The notes under the pieces were generated by a model, which did not search any database, was not told the DNA's origin, and saw only the letters and a program-made list of their open reading frames with translations. From Diplonema japonicum (lineage: Eukaryota > Protista > Euglenozoa: Diplonemea): a stretch of DNA of 64,000 nucleotides. Below, piece by piece: positions 52,738-63,091 of the stretch; position 1 is the stretch's first letter; every line of letters starts with the position of its first letter. The DNA lies in NCBI GenBank assembly GCA_964019335.1, contig OZ025764.1, forward strand, positions 1 to 64,000. The letters are read 5' to 3'. A program made the position numbers and the translations under genes.

Positions 52738-53410
52738 GTGTTTTTGAAGGGAACCTGCAGTATGTGACAGTATCGCCTCAACTCTAGTTTCCGCGGTTTC
52801 CGGTATCAGGTGATTTCTCACCTTTTTAGACCCAGCTGAGATCTGTCTACACCACCCATGTGGAGTTGTTCGTTGAGGATAATGGGGAAAAAAAAAAAAA
52901 AAAAAAAAATGGGGCTTTGATTGCAACACTAGGTGGCGTTAAGCGTGCAACGAAGCACGAAATACCTACTTGATTACAGGGGGCGCTCCTCGGCCGAGCA
53001 GTAGCTTCTTCTGCGTTCCGCGTCGTGTGCTCAACCCTAGCCGGTGCGTCCCGGGTAACCAAGATTCTGCGCTCGTGCAGTTTGCTGCCTGTTCGTCACC
53101 CTGAGCATCTGCGATTCTTCCACTCGGGCGCTACCGGTGATGACCGACGTGGAGGTCAACAGCGAACAACACATCTGATGTACTTCTTATATTTCCACGT
53201 TATCCCCACCACCTTAAAAAAAAATAGAGAGTACTATACAGAATGAAGCAACTCCGAAGGGCCAAAATTAGAAATATCCGAAAAAGGGCCGTTTGTTTGT
53301 GCGTGCCGGGTAAAAACCTGGAGAAGTTTGTCAACCCGAAAAACACGTTGCCAACGTTCCCCTTTTTTGTTTAGACAAAGACTCGTTCTTGCAAAAAAAA
53401 AAAAAAAAAA
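52738..53410. repeat. Composite of modules D, E, B and A
   Basis: D 52738-52779, E 52908-52960, B 52965-53215, A 53285-53410. Confidence 0.85.
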
Positions 53411-53434
53411 AGGAAAGGAAAAAAAAAAAAAACT

Positions 53435-53615
53435 TACTGTAAATCTCTTAATCTTTTTCCCGTAAAAAAAAAAAAAGGGATCTAGGCAAGAGACATGGGG
53501 ATATTCTTTTTTACTGGACTTTTGTACGTGCCGGGTAAAACCTGGAGAAGTTTGTCAACCCGAAACACGTTGCCAACGTTCCCCTTTTGTTTAGACAAGT
53601 CAAGGACTCGTTCTT

Positions 53616-53648
<33 letters not shown>

Positions 53649-53716
53649 AACTGTATGCTCAAAGTAAAGGCCACAAGGGACACTGGTCTTCCTGGAAGAT
53701 TAAGAGTTTTACAGTA
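53435..53716. mobile_element. TA-flanked MITE-like element (19-bp TIR) with a nested module A copy (53515-53646)
   Basis: TA-CTGTAAATCTCTTAATCTT (53435-53455) versus AAGATTAAGAGTTTTACAG-TA (53696-53716), one mismatch. Confidence 0.7.
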
Positions 53717-55117
53717 ATTCGCAATGTATGGTGATAGCTTTTTTAAGAAAGGTAAAAAAAAGTTTTTTTTTTTTTTTACACCTTCTCAAAATTTCTTTTG
53801 TACTTCCCCAACCCTTAAAAAAAAAATCAGGTACCATATCCAGGCTTGACCCTTCATTCTTTTTTTTTTTTTTTTAAACACACAAGAAGTTGCTGGAAAA
53901 GAAAAAAAAAAAAAGAAAAAAGAATTTTCCTTAGGTACATCCTCCAAGACCTTCTCCCGTATTTTAAAAGAATTAAGGTCAGAAAAAAAAAAAAAACACT
54001 TCGGCCCTGATGGTAGTAGCTGGCACCCCCTTCACTGTTTCCAGTTTTCTTCGGGGATAAATGTCCGCCGCTCTCTTAAATTTGAAACTTTTCCCTCTGG
54101 ATATCTATCGCAGTCTAGAAAAACATACGGTTTTTTTTTATTTCTTATAGTGGCAAGAAAGGTTCGACAGAGGGAGTAGATCCCTAGTTTTTTGCGGTTC
54201 CTTCTTTTTTTCTTTTTTTTTTTTTTCTTTCCCTTCTTTCTTTCTTTTATGGGTGATGCGGTATCCGCAAGAAGAAGCTGCACAAAAAAAAGAAAAAAAA
54301 AAAAAAAAAAAAAAAAAAAGAGACATTTAAGGGTACCTGCGGTATATGACAGGACGACTGAAAAAAAAAAAATGCGCGCGCGTTTTAACCTTTGTTATTG
54401 TGGTTAACTATTGTGATTCCATTCCTGTTGGGGAAGAGGGAGGCACCCCCCCCCCCCCCCCCCCCTTTCAGTTTTGAAAAATTCTTCCTTTATCCCCTAA
54501 ATCCCACTTTCATGTATGATTGTTGATTACCTTGATGTTCACTGAGCTGTTTTTTTTCGTGGTGCGGTTTACGATGATGTCAAGTAACCTGCACATGAGG
54601 TGCAGTTTCAGAGGCCTGCACTGTTAAATGTTCATAGTTCCAAGACGAAATAAAACCGCGCAACAAAAATGCATATTTTGAAGTCCCGGGGCCGTGCTTC
54701 AAAAAAAAAAAAAAAAAATTGAAATGAGGACAAAAACGTCCGCTCGTGGGCGTTTAGGGGTTTATAGCAAAAAAAAAAAAAAATAATAACAATCCATCAT
54801 TATTATTTTTTTTTTTGTTTGTGTGTGTGTTTTTTTTTTTTTTTTTTTTTTTTTCCCTTCTTCTTTGAATGTTAGACTATAGGGTGAGCCCATTCCCTTT
54901 ACCCCTCTCGAGTTTCGGCCCTGAGCTTTAATAATAATAAAAAAAAAAAAGCAGAAATTTCTTCCGCACATGTTTTACAAATATTTCCCCCCCCCCCTTA
55001 TTTTCCTCACCCCCCCCGAAAAAAAAGAGAAAAAAAAAAAAAAAAAAAGGGAAGAATTGTTTTTTCGTTCCCCATGATGTCAGCTCTTTTGAAAACGCTG
55101 TTTTACTTCATTTTTTT

Positions 55118-57316
55118 TCACGTGTACAAAGAAGGCGGTGCATGGTTCAAAGGCACACCTTCGATGTCGTCCCAGCAGTCGGCCGACTCTACCGTGATCG
55201 CGTAATGCTGGCTGAGACGGTATAGCATAACATGCTTGACCTGATACACCGTTACGTCCTCTCCCCCAACCACACATACATCCGACTGCACAAAAAAATC
55301 ACCATCGAAACCACACCCCGGAAGCAAGGAACCGCACACGCAAAACGCTTGCACACGAACCGCGACACCAAGTAAGCGACTAATCAGATTAAACACCGGC
55401 CCGAGGGTCGTCATGAACCGAAGACGGGCGGTCCCCACAGAACCAAAGTAGGACGTACCCGATGCTAGACAAATCGATATTGTAGAAGGCGGTGCGGATA
55501 AAAAACACAAGCCAACAAACCTAATTGAACTCTGAACGTGGTCCGCACACTGACGCGAGGTGTTCCACGCAATAAGAACAGAGGAACCTTGAATAGAAAC
55601 AATGATACCGTCGGACCGCTCAGCACAAGTCAGCACTCGTTCCAAGCGTTCGTTCATAACACATGTTACAACGTTTTCAATGGTCTGGCTGTACCCTAAA
55701 TCGATCCTTGCAACGGAAGACGACGCGGCTCTTACCAACGGTTTTGCTTGAACGTACCCATCTCGCATTGCATCGCTTGCCTTCGATGACCACATGCTAT
55801 GCGATTTATTCCATCGTTTCATTGTTGTAGCCGCCATGGTGACGACGGCATCTCGACGTCCGGACAGAGAATCAGGGAGCAGCATGTACACATCGCACGA
55901 CCCGCATCCTTTTAGAAGGACGGGTCCTAATGGGATTACCTCAACATGAGCCATTAAGTCGCATTGTTCAATAGCGTTCATCACTTCAGATGATATAGCC
56001 ACCGCACCGCCTACGCTGACGCTTTCCACACGAGATGCTTTATTCACGGTGGTCCCGTAGTAGTCATACCGTCCGGTTAAGGAATTGTACTGTATGTCGA
56101 TGGGTCCCGTGTGGATACCAATTCGCACGCGGAGTCCGTTCCATAAACCGTGTGAGTCCGCGTGGCATATTGGAACTTGTAGGAGATCTGCGGGCCACTT
56201 GCAGCGTGCTAATTTTTCTTGAACGGAAAGGCTGAAGAGAACACCGGAAGCAACGTCTTCGAAGGCAACCATGAAGGCGTCGCCGATAGTTTTCACCTCG
56301 TATCCGTGTTTGTCGAGCATGCATTGTCTTACAGCGGCGTCGTGAATTTTTAGGCCTTTTCGCATACCGTCAGGACAGGCTTCCCATGTTGCGGAAGATC
56401 CTTGGATGTCGGTGAAGACCATTGTTGCTGATTTTGTGTGAAGTCCTGGTGCGGCGGTCGACATTGATATATTCGGTTCCGCCAGCATCTCTTCAAACAA
56501 AGCTTCTGGGAGGTACGGCTGGTACTGTTTCAGGTTGTTTAAAATCGTTTGCAACGCAGCGTTCAGCTCTTCCGGGATGGATCCGTTAGATTCGTCGAGT
56601 TGTGCGGCTGCGGCCTCAAGGTTGAACGTTGCAAGATTGTTGGCGATGGATTTAGTTGTTGCAATCGATGCCTGCACCCTAGCTTGTTCCGAGTGAAGGG
56701 AATCTGCAAAGCTCTTCGTGAAGTGAAAATCCGTGAGGAATATAAACAACTGCAGGAAGATTGAAAAGTTAGCACCCTTCGCGCAAGGCGGCGTCGAGCA
56801 AGTTTTCACCTCTCTGTCTTCCACTCCAGGTGTTCCTGGGATATCGAACATCCCCAAGCGAAACGATCTCTCCACCTGCAGAATCATCAGCCACAAACAG
56901 ATGAACATAATAAGCATTTTTGTGGACGATCTTCGGGCCCGGAGAACTAGGTGAAGGTCAACCAAAACCACAAACATCATCCAAGAACTGCTGGAACCAA
57001 GTATGTTGTTGGCGTAGTCCACCAGAAGAATCGCGACAAAATAACCCACTGTGAGAAGAGTCAGTAGATTCTGAGTCACGCGTTTCGTCACAACTAGATT
57101 TCCTACGATACCGCTATTTACTGTTAAAGCCGTGCACACACCCATAAATGCATAAAGCTGCGTTCTTACGTATTTTGAGAAGCTGAAGAGTGGGGTAACG
57201 GCGAACAGGGTACTGGCGAACACCACCACCAAGAGCAGTTTCTTCTCCTTGATGTCGACGAAGCTATCGGTTTCTGTTGTGGTGCAGGACACGATTTTAT
57301 TCCATAGTGAGCTCAT
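55118..57316 (-). CDS. Multi-TM adenylate cyclase: one intact class III domain plus one degenerate cyclase domain
   Basis: VFTDIQGSS, GYEVKTIGDAFMVAF, GLRVRIGIHTG, YDYYGTTVNKASRVES (Lys/Asp indicate ATP specificity); N-terminal hydrophobic helices. Confidence 0.92.
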   Translation of the reverse strand: MSSLWNKIVSCTTTETDSFVDIKEKKLLLVVVFASTLFAVTPLFSFSKYVRTQLYAFMGVCTALTVNSGIVGNLVVTKRVTQNLLTLLTVGYFVAILLVDYANNILGSSSSWMMFVVLVDLHLVLRARRSSTKMLIMFICLWLMILQVERSFRLGMFDIPGTPGVEDREVKTCSTPPCAKGANFSIFLQLFIFLTDFHFTKSFADSLHSEQARVQASIATTKSIANNLATFNLEAAAAQLDESNGSIPEELNAALQTILNNLKQYQPYLPEALFEEMLAEPNISMSTAAPGLHTKSATMVFTDIQGSSATWEACPDGMRKGLKIHDAAVRQCMLDKHGYEVKTIGDAFMVAFEDVASGVLFSLSVQEKLARCKWPADLLQVPICHADSHGLWNGLRVRIGIHTGPIDIQYNSLTGRYDYYGTTVNKASRVESVSVGGAVAISSEVMNAIEQCDLMAHVEVIPLGPVLLKGCGSCDVYMLLPDSLSGRRDAVVTMAATTMKRWNKSHSMWSSKASDAMRDGYVQAKPLVRAASSSVARIDLGYSQTIENVVTCVMNERLERVLTCAERSDGIIVSIQGSSVLIAWNTSRQCADHVQSSIRFVGLCFLSAPPSTISICLASGTSYFGSVGTARLRFMTTLGPVFNLISRLLGVAVRVQAFCVCGSLLPGCGFDGDFFVQSDVCVVGGEDVTVYQVKHVMLYRLSQHYAITVESADCWDDIEGVPLNHAPPSLYT

Positions 57317-58279
57317 TGGGGGGGGAAAATCCCTCCCCCGTACACCCTCCCCCTTCCTACACACGCCCCCCCCACTTTTTACTGGAGTGGAATGATTTTA
57401 AGATGAAATATGTGCAAGAGAAAAATATATTTTAAAAAAAAAAACCTGAGCTAGGAGGGGGGGGAAAAAAAGGAGTAAAAAATAAAATTCACCAAAAGAA
57501 AAAAAAATTACAAAGTCATGGGGTGTGTGTGGGGTAAAAAGGGGGAGGGGGGGGGGGGGGGGGGTCTTTCTTTTTTTATTATTTTTCTCCTTCTTTTTCC
57601 CGCGGAAAAAGAAAAAAGAAGCAATAAAAAAGAAATTAAAAAAAAACCAATTTTTTATTTATCAAAAAATAAAAAAGGGGGGAAAAAAAAGGTTCTCCTG
57701 TTTTTTACCATTAAAAAGGACGGGAGCTGGCAAAAAAAAAAAAAGAAATATCGCTCCTTGCATCCTGAAATTGCGCCGGTTGCTGCTTGGTGGTTCCTTT
57801 AAAGGTTGAAAAAGGAGAGGGGGAAGTAGCAGGGGAAAGAAATGAAGCAAAATAAATATGTAAATGACAAAGAAGAAATGCAGGGAATGCTGCTTTGCCA
57901 ACACAAAAAAAAAATGAAAAGGGGGTAAAAATGAGAGAGGGAGTAGTAAGACCTAGCCCCGTGAAAGGCCAAGCATAATGAGGGTTGAGGGGAAAAGGGA
58001 ATACCACCTTGTCTTTTTCTTGACCAAATGATCCCAGTGGCTTGTTTCTTTTTTTTTCTCTTTTTTTTTTTCTGTTTTTTCTTTTTTTTTTTTTTTACTA
58101 GAAATCCAAATAATCATTATTCGTTTATTCTATCTGTGCACTGTGTGCGGATTCTCTAAATTTATCTTCATGTACTGACAAAGCTATCAAAAGCCTCGCG
58201 CTTTTTTTTTTCTTTTTCTTTTTTTAAATTTTCCTTTTCTTCTTTTTCCTTCGTTTTAAAGTTTGTTTAATCTTATAAA

Positions 58280-60061
58280 TCAGAGCACCATCCTCTCATC
58301 AACCTTGTCTACAGGGCTCTGGTAAAGTGGCTCCTCAGAGTGAAGGTCGTTGTAGAAGTTCTGCATGTTCACTTTGGGCTTCTTTCTTGCCGCCACAAGG
58401 ACCCAAGCACCACACGCACCCATGATGACCACGACACCAAGGGCCACAGCTACCCAAACCCACGCATCGACACCCTTGTCCTCTTCGTTGCCAGCCGCGC
58501 TCAGCATCCTGCACTCCTGCACCATGCCCCCGACCACAGCACGCCTGTCGCTGTCGCACACACACCTGAAGTCCCCCAACACAGACAGCCCTGTCTCGTC
58601 CTCACACAGCTGATCCCCGCACACCCCTTTCCCGCACTCTGTTGGCACCACACTCCCGTTCACGAATGTGGGTGCTGGTGTGGGCGCTGCTTGGGCACCA
58701 GACCCTGAGGGGGTGCTCCCGGAGCTCCCTCCATTCCCAGAGGGGGTGCTGCCTGGTGGTGTGTTTCCAGAGCTGCTGCCTGATGGTGAGCTTCCAGATG
58801 GGGTGTTGCCCGAGGGAGTAGTTGCAGAGGGAGTACTGCCTGATGGTGTGTTCCCAGATGGGGTGCTTCCAGAAGGAGTACTGCCTGATGGTGTGCTTCC
58901 AGACGGGGTGCTGCCCGAGGGAGTAGTTCCAGAGGGAGTACTGCCTGATGGTGTGTTCCCAGATGGGGTGCTGCCAGAAGGAGTACTGCCTGATGGTGTG
59001 CTTCCAGATGGAGTACTGCCTGAGGGGGTGTTGCCAGAAGGGGTACTCCCAGATGGGGTGCTGCCAGAAGGAGTGTTTCCAGATGGGGTGTTGCCAGAGG
59101 GGGTGCTGCCAGAAGGTGTGCTTCCAGAGGGAGTACTGCCGGACGGAGTACTTCCAGAGGGCGTGTTCCCTGAAGGTGTTGAGCCCGTGCTGTTGCCAGG
59201 AGTGGAGGGAGTCGAAGGCGGTGGGGTGGCAGGGATGGAAATTACTGCAGGAGTAGGAGTTGGAGCAGGGGTTGGTACAGGCGTGGGTGCTGGCGTAGGA
59301 ACAGGGGTGGGTTCAGGAGTTGGAGCAGGAGTCGGAGCCGGTGTGGGCATGGGGGTGGGTGCCGCGGGACAGCCCGTCGCCTTGGAGCCGAGGCTGCCAA
59401 CGTTTGCTGCATACTGCCCCCCGTAGTTCCCGCCGATGCGGTAGTTGCACATGAAGTAGATGTTCGTCCAACCGCTCCCCGGCTTCGAGTGGCACAGGGC
59501 ACACCCAATCTCCAGCGAGTTCTTCCACACCACCTGCGTGAAGTGCCCTGTCGTCCCCCCAGTCGATTTGGAGGCTGAGTAGTCCCAGCACCCCTCCTCC
59601 CCACAGTACCACGACCCCGTCCCGCGCACAGGGTCGTAGTCCTGGAGCTCCGAGTAGCCGCTCCCACCCCACAGGTTCTCCCCGAGGTAGTCACCGTTCA
59701 GCTTGCGTTTGGAGTTGTGTTCCAACTTCCTGTTCGTGCATGTGTTCACAAACCCAGGGCTGTCCTTCGTCCACGCCTCCACCTCCCTGCTGTAGGTGAT
59801 AGGGCACGCCCCGTGCTTGGCCCGAACCTTGTTGTGAGCTTCGACCACTCTGTCCACCTGCCACTGCGCGAGCCCCGAGAAGCACGGAGTCGGGTTCGCT
59901 CCTTTGCACCGGTGGTCCTTCGTCACAGAGAGCGCAGCGTCCCAGTTCACACACCAGTCGCGCTTCGACGAGCACGCTCCGAGCGTCGCCCCCGTCCGCG
60001 AGACCTCCTCGTGCACCGCCCCGACAGCGACGGTGCTCACAAGCAGCAAGGCATACATCAT
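58280..60061 (-). CDS. CAP/SCP-domain type I membrane protein with mucin-like stalk, copy 1 (593 aa)
   Basis: Signal peptide; [26 protein letters not shown]; PTP(A/E/V) and TPSG(S/N/T) repeats; EGF-like module; TM. Confidence 0.92.
   Translation of the reverse strand: MMYALLLVSTVAVGAVHEEVSRTGATLGACSSKRDWCVNWDAALSVTKDHRCKGANPTPCFSGLAQWQVDRVVEAHNKVRAKHGACPITYSREVEAWTKDSPGFVNTCTNRKLEHNSKRKLNGDYLGENLWGGSGYSELQDYDPVRGTGSWYCGEEGCWDYSASKSTGGTTGHFTQVVWKNSLEIGCALCHSKPGSGWTNIYFMCNYRIGGNYGGQYAANVGSLGSKATGCPAAPTPMPTPAPTPAPTPEPTPVPTPAPTPVPTPAPTPTPAVISIPATPPPSTPSTPGNSTGSTPSGNTPSGSTPSGSTPSGSTPSGSTPSGNTPSGNTPSGSTPSGSTPSGNTPSGSTPSGSTPSGSTPSGSTPSGNTPSGSTPSGTTPSGSTPSGSTPSGSTPSGSTPSGNTPSGSTPSATTPSGNTPSGSSPSGSSSGNTPPGSTPSGNGGSSGSTPSGSGAQAAPTPAPTFVNGSVVPTECGKGVCGDQLCEDETGLSVLGDFRCVCDSDRRAVVGGMVQECRMLSAAGNEEDKGVDAWVWVAVALGVVVIMGACGAWVLVAARKKPKVNMQNFYNDLHSEEPLYQSPVDKVDERMVL
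58700..59365 (-). repeat. Coding minisatellites (15-bp TPSGx and 12-bp PTPx units), copy 1
   Basis: Visible in DNA and protein. Confidence 0.9.
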
Positions 60062-60727
60062 TGTTGTGGAAATCTTTAGAGAAAATAGAATTATTAGGAG
60101 TAATAAAAAGGGGGAATGTTCAAAATATCTGAGCTAGAAAAATTGTGGTTGTAAAAAAAAAGAAAAAAGGAGCAATTAAATTCACCTTAAAAAACCCTCA
60201 AGCATCGTAGTAGTCAAGGACGAGCACTGTTTGAAAATGCTGCCACGTCTTCAGATTCGATGCTAAAGTTGACCTTCCTCGCAGGTGACTTGGGGTTTGG
60301 CGCCCCTTCAAGAAGCAATGCTGCTTTCTTTTTCTTCTTCATGAAACAAAAATATGAGTCCTCGTGAGACGCCCTTGTTCTCATCTAAAAATACAAAAAT
60401 ATAAGAAAACAGTTTGCAAAGGAGAATAGAACAAATATGTCAATGACAAAACGGTGAGAGGGAGTAGAAAAACCTAGCCCCGCGAAAGGCCAAGCACAAT
60501 GAGGGTTGAGGGGCGAAAGGGAGTGGTTTCTTCTTTTTTTTTCTTTTTTTTCATTTCTTCTTTTTTTTACTAGAAATCCATATTCGTTTATTCTATCTGT
60601 GCACTGTGTGCGGATTCTCTAAATTTATCTTCATGTACTGACAAAGCTATCAAAAGCCTCGCGCTTTTTTCTTTTTCCTTAAGGTTTATAATCTTAAAAA
60701 AAGCTTCATATTCTTTTATCACAATGA

Positions 60728-62677
60728 TCATATCACCATCCTCTCACTCACCTGTTCTACAGGGCTCTGGTAAAGTGGCTCCTCAGAGTGAAGGTCGTTG
60801 TAGAAGTTCTGCATGTTCACTTTGGGCTTCTTTCTTGCCGCCACAAGGACCCAAGCACCACACGCACCCATGATGACCACGACACCAAGGGCCACAGCTA
60901 CCCAAACCCACGCATCGACACCCTTGTCCTCTTCGTTGCCAGCCGCGCTCAGCATCCTGCACTCCTGCACCATGCCCCCGACCACAGCACGCCTGTCGCT
61001 GTCGCACACACACCTGAAGTCCCCCAACACAGACAGCCCTGTCTCGTCCTCACACAGCTGATCCCCGCACACCCCTTTCCCGCACTCTGTTGGCACCACA
61101 CTCCCGTTCACGAATGTGGGTGCTGGTGTGGGCGCTGCTTGGGCACCAGACCCTGAGGGGGTGCTCCCGGAGCTCCCTCCATTCCCAGAGGGGGTGCTGC
61201 CTGGTGGTGTGTTTCCAGAAGGAGTACTGCCTGGTGTGCTTCCAGATGGGGTGTTGCCCGAGGGAGTAGTTCCAGACGGTGTGTTGCCAGAAGGGGTACT
61301 CCCAGATGGGGTGCTGCCAGGAGTACTGCCTGTTGGTGTGCTTCCATATGGGGTGTTGCCCGAGGGAGTAGTTCCAGAGGGAGTACTGCCTGATGGTGTG
61401 TTCCCAGATGGGGTGTTGCCAGAAGGAGTACTGCCTGATGGTGTGCTTCCAGACGGGGTGCTGCCCGAGGGAGTAGTTGCAGAGGGAGTACTGCCTGATG
61501 GTGTATTTCCAGATGGGGTGCTTCCAGAAGGAGTACTGCCTGATGGTGTGCTTCCAGATGGGGTGTTGCCCGAGGGAGTAGTTCCAGAGGGAGTACTGCC
61601 TGATGGTGTGTTCCCAGATGGGGTGTTGCCAGAAGGAGTACTTCCAGAGGGCGTGTTCCCTGAAGGTGTTGAGCCCGTGCTGTTGCCAGGAGTGGAGGGA
61701 GTCGAAGCAGGGACAGGGGTGGGAACAGGAGTGGGAGCAGGGGTAGGTGCTGGAGTAGGGGCAGGGGTGGGTTCAGGAGTTGGAGCAGGAGTCGGAGCAG
61801 GGGTGGGCTCAGGGGTAGGAGCAGGGGTTGGTACTGGTGTGGGTGCTGGCGTAGGTACAGGGGTGGGTTCAGGAGTAGGAGCAGGAGTGGGCTCAGGCGT
61901 GGGTGCTGGCGTAGGAACAGGGGTGGGTTCAGGAGTTGGAGCAGGAGTCGGAGCCGGTGTGGGCATGGGGGTGGGTGCCGCGGGACAGCCCGTCGCCTTG
62001 GAGCCGAGGCTGCCAACGTTTGCTGCATACTGCCCCCCGTAGTTCCCGCCGATGCGGTAGTTGCACATGAAGTAGATGTTCGTCCAACCGCTCCCCGGCT
62101 TCGAGTGGCACAGGGCACACCCAATCTCCAGCGAGTTCTTCCACACCACCTGCGTGAAGTGCCCTGTCGTCCCCCCAGTCGATTTGGAGGCTGAGTAGTC
62201 CCAGCACCCCTCCTCCCCACAGTACCACGACCCCGTCCCGCGCACAGGGTCGTAGTCCTGGAGCTCCGAGTAGCCGCTCCCACCCCACAGGTTCTCCCCG
62301 AGGTAGTCACCGTTCAGCTTGCGTTTGGAGTTGTGTTCCAACTTCCTGTTCGTGCATGTGTTCACAAACCCAGGGCTGTCCTTCGTCCACGCCTCCACCT
62401 CCCTGCTGTAGGTGATAGGGCACGCCCCGTGCTTGGCCCGAACCTTGTTGTGAGCTTCGACCACTCTGTCCACCTGCCACTGCGCGAGCCCCGAGAAGCA
62501 CGGAGTCGGGTTCGCTCCTTTGCACCGGTGGTCCTTCGTCACAGAGAGCGCAGCGTCCCAGTTCACACACCAGTCGCGCTTCGACGAGCACGCCCCGAGC
62601 GTCGCCCCCGTCCGCGAGACCTCCTCGTGCACCGCCCCGACAGCGACGGTGCTCACAAGCAGCAAGGCATACATCAT
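60728..62677 (-). CDS. CAP/SCP-domain type I membrane protein, copy 2 (649 aa)
   Basis: Essentially identical to copy 1 outside the repeat stalk and the last codons. Confidence 0.92.
   Translation of the reverse strand: MMYALLLVSTVAVGAVHEEVSRTGATLGACSSKRDWCVNWDAALSVTKDHRCKGANPTPCFSGLAQWQVDRVVEAHNKVRAKHGACPITYSREVEAWTKDSPGFVNTCTNRKLEHNSKRKLNGDYLGENLWGGSGYSELQDYDPVRGTGSWYCGEEGCWDYSASKSTGGTTGHFTQVVWKNSLEIGCALCHSKPGSGWTNIYFMCNYRIGGNYGGQYAANVGSLGSKATGCPAAPTPMPTPAPTPAPTPEPTPVPTPAPTPEPTPAPTPEPTPVPTPAPTPVPTPAPTPEPTPAPTPAPTPEPTPAPTPAPTPAPTPVPTPVPASTPSTPGNSTGSTPSGNTPSGSTPSGNTPSGNTPSGSTPSGTTPSGNTPSGSTPSGSTPSGSTPSGNTPSGSTPSATTPSGSTPSGSTPSGSTPSGNTPSGNTPSGSTPSGTTPSGNTPYGSTPTGSTPGSTPSGSTPSGNTPSGTTPSGNTPSGSTPGSTPSGNTPPGSTPSGNGGSSGSTPSGSGAQAAPTPAPTFVNGSVVPTECGKGVCGDQLCEDETGLSVLGDFRCVCDSDRRAVVGGMVQECRMLSAAGNEEDKGVDAWVWVAVALGVVVIMGACGAWVLVAARKKPKVNMQNFYNDLHSEEPLYQSPVEQVSERMVI
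61150..61980 (-). repeat. Coding minisatellites, copy 2 (longer arrays)
   Basis: Visible in DNA and protein. Confidence 0.9.
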
Positions 62678-63091
62678 TGTTGTGGAAATCTTTTGGAGGT
62701 GTTGAGGTGGAATGTTTTTATTGTTTTGAATATGTGCCGCCAAAGGAAATACAGCGGGGGAAGGGGGGGGGGGGGGAGGTTATCCAAGAAAGAGATGAGA
62801 CAAAGGAGCGTGTCTCTACTTAAATAAAACTCAGTGAAAAACAAACTTGCTGTGGTCAAAGTGTACGAAAGGCAGGGGCATTGACTTGAACAAGGTAATT
62901 AAGATCAACTCGTTCATTCTTCATCACACATGTGGTCAGCAGTACCACATATTCTCACTATTTATGTCAGCAGCATCTGCTTTCTTTCTTTTGAGCAACT
63001 TCAAAAAGGTAACAAACTGAGCATAAAGAAGATAAAAGAAATCGGAAATCGAACGAAGACGTTATATTTCGAGCACTCTCGCAGCATCTTG

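Noticed and set aside
58668-62310. Long antisense and alternate-frame ORFs over the CAP genes (e.g. 61116-62042, 61108-62310), and similar shadow ORFs elsewhere such as 62930-63913
   Set aside because: Explained by stop-poor repeats and GC-rich codon usage of the real genes.
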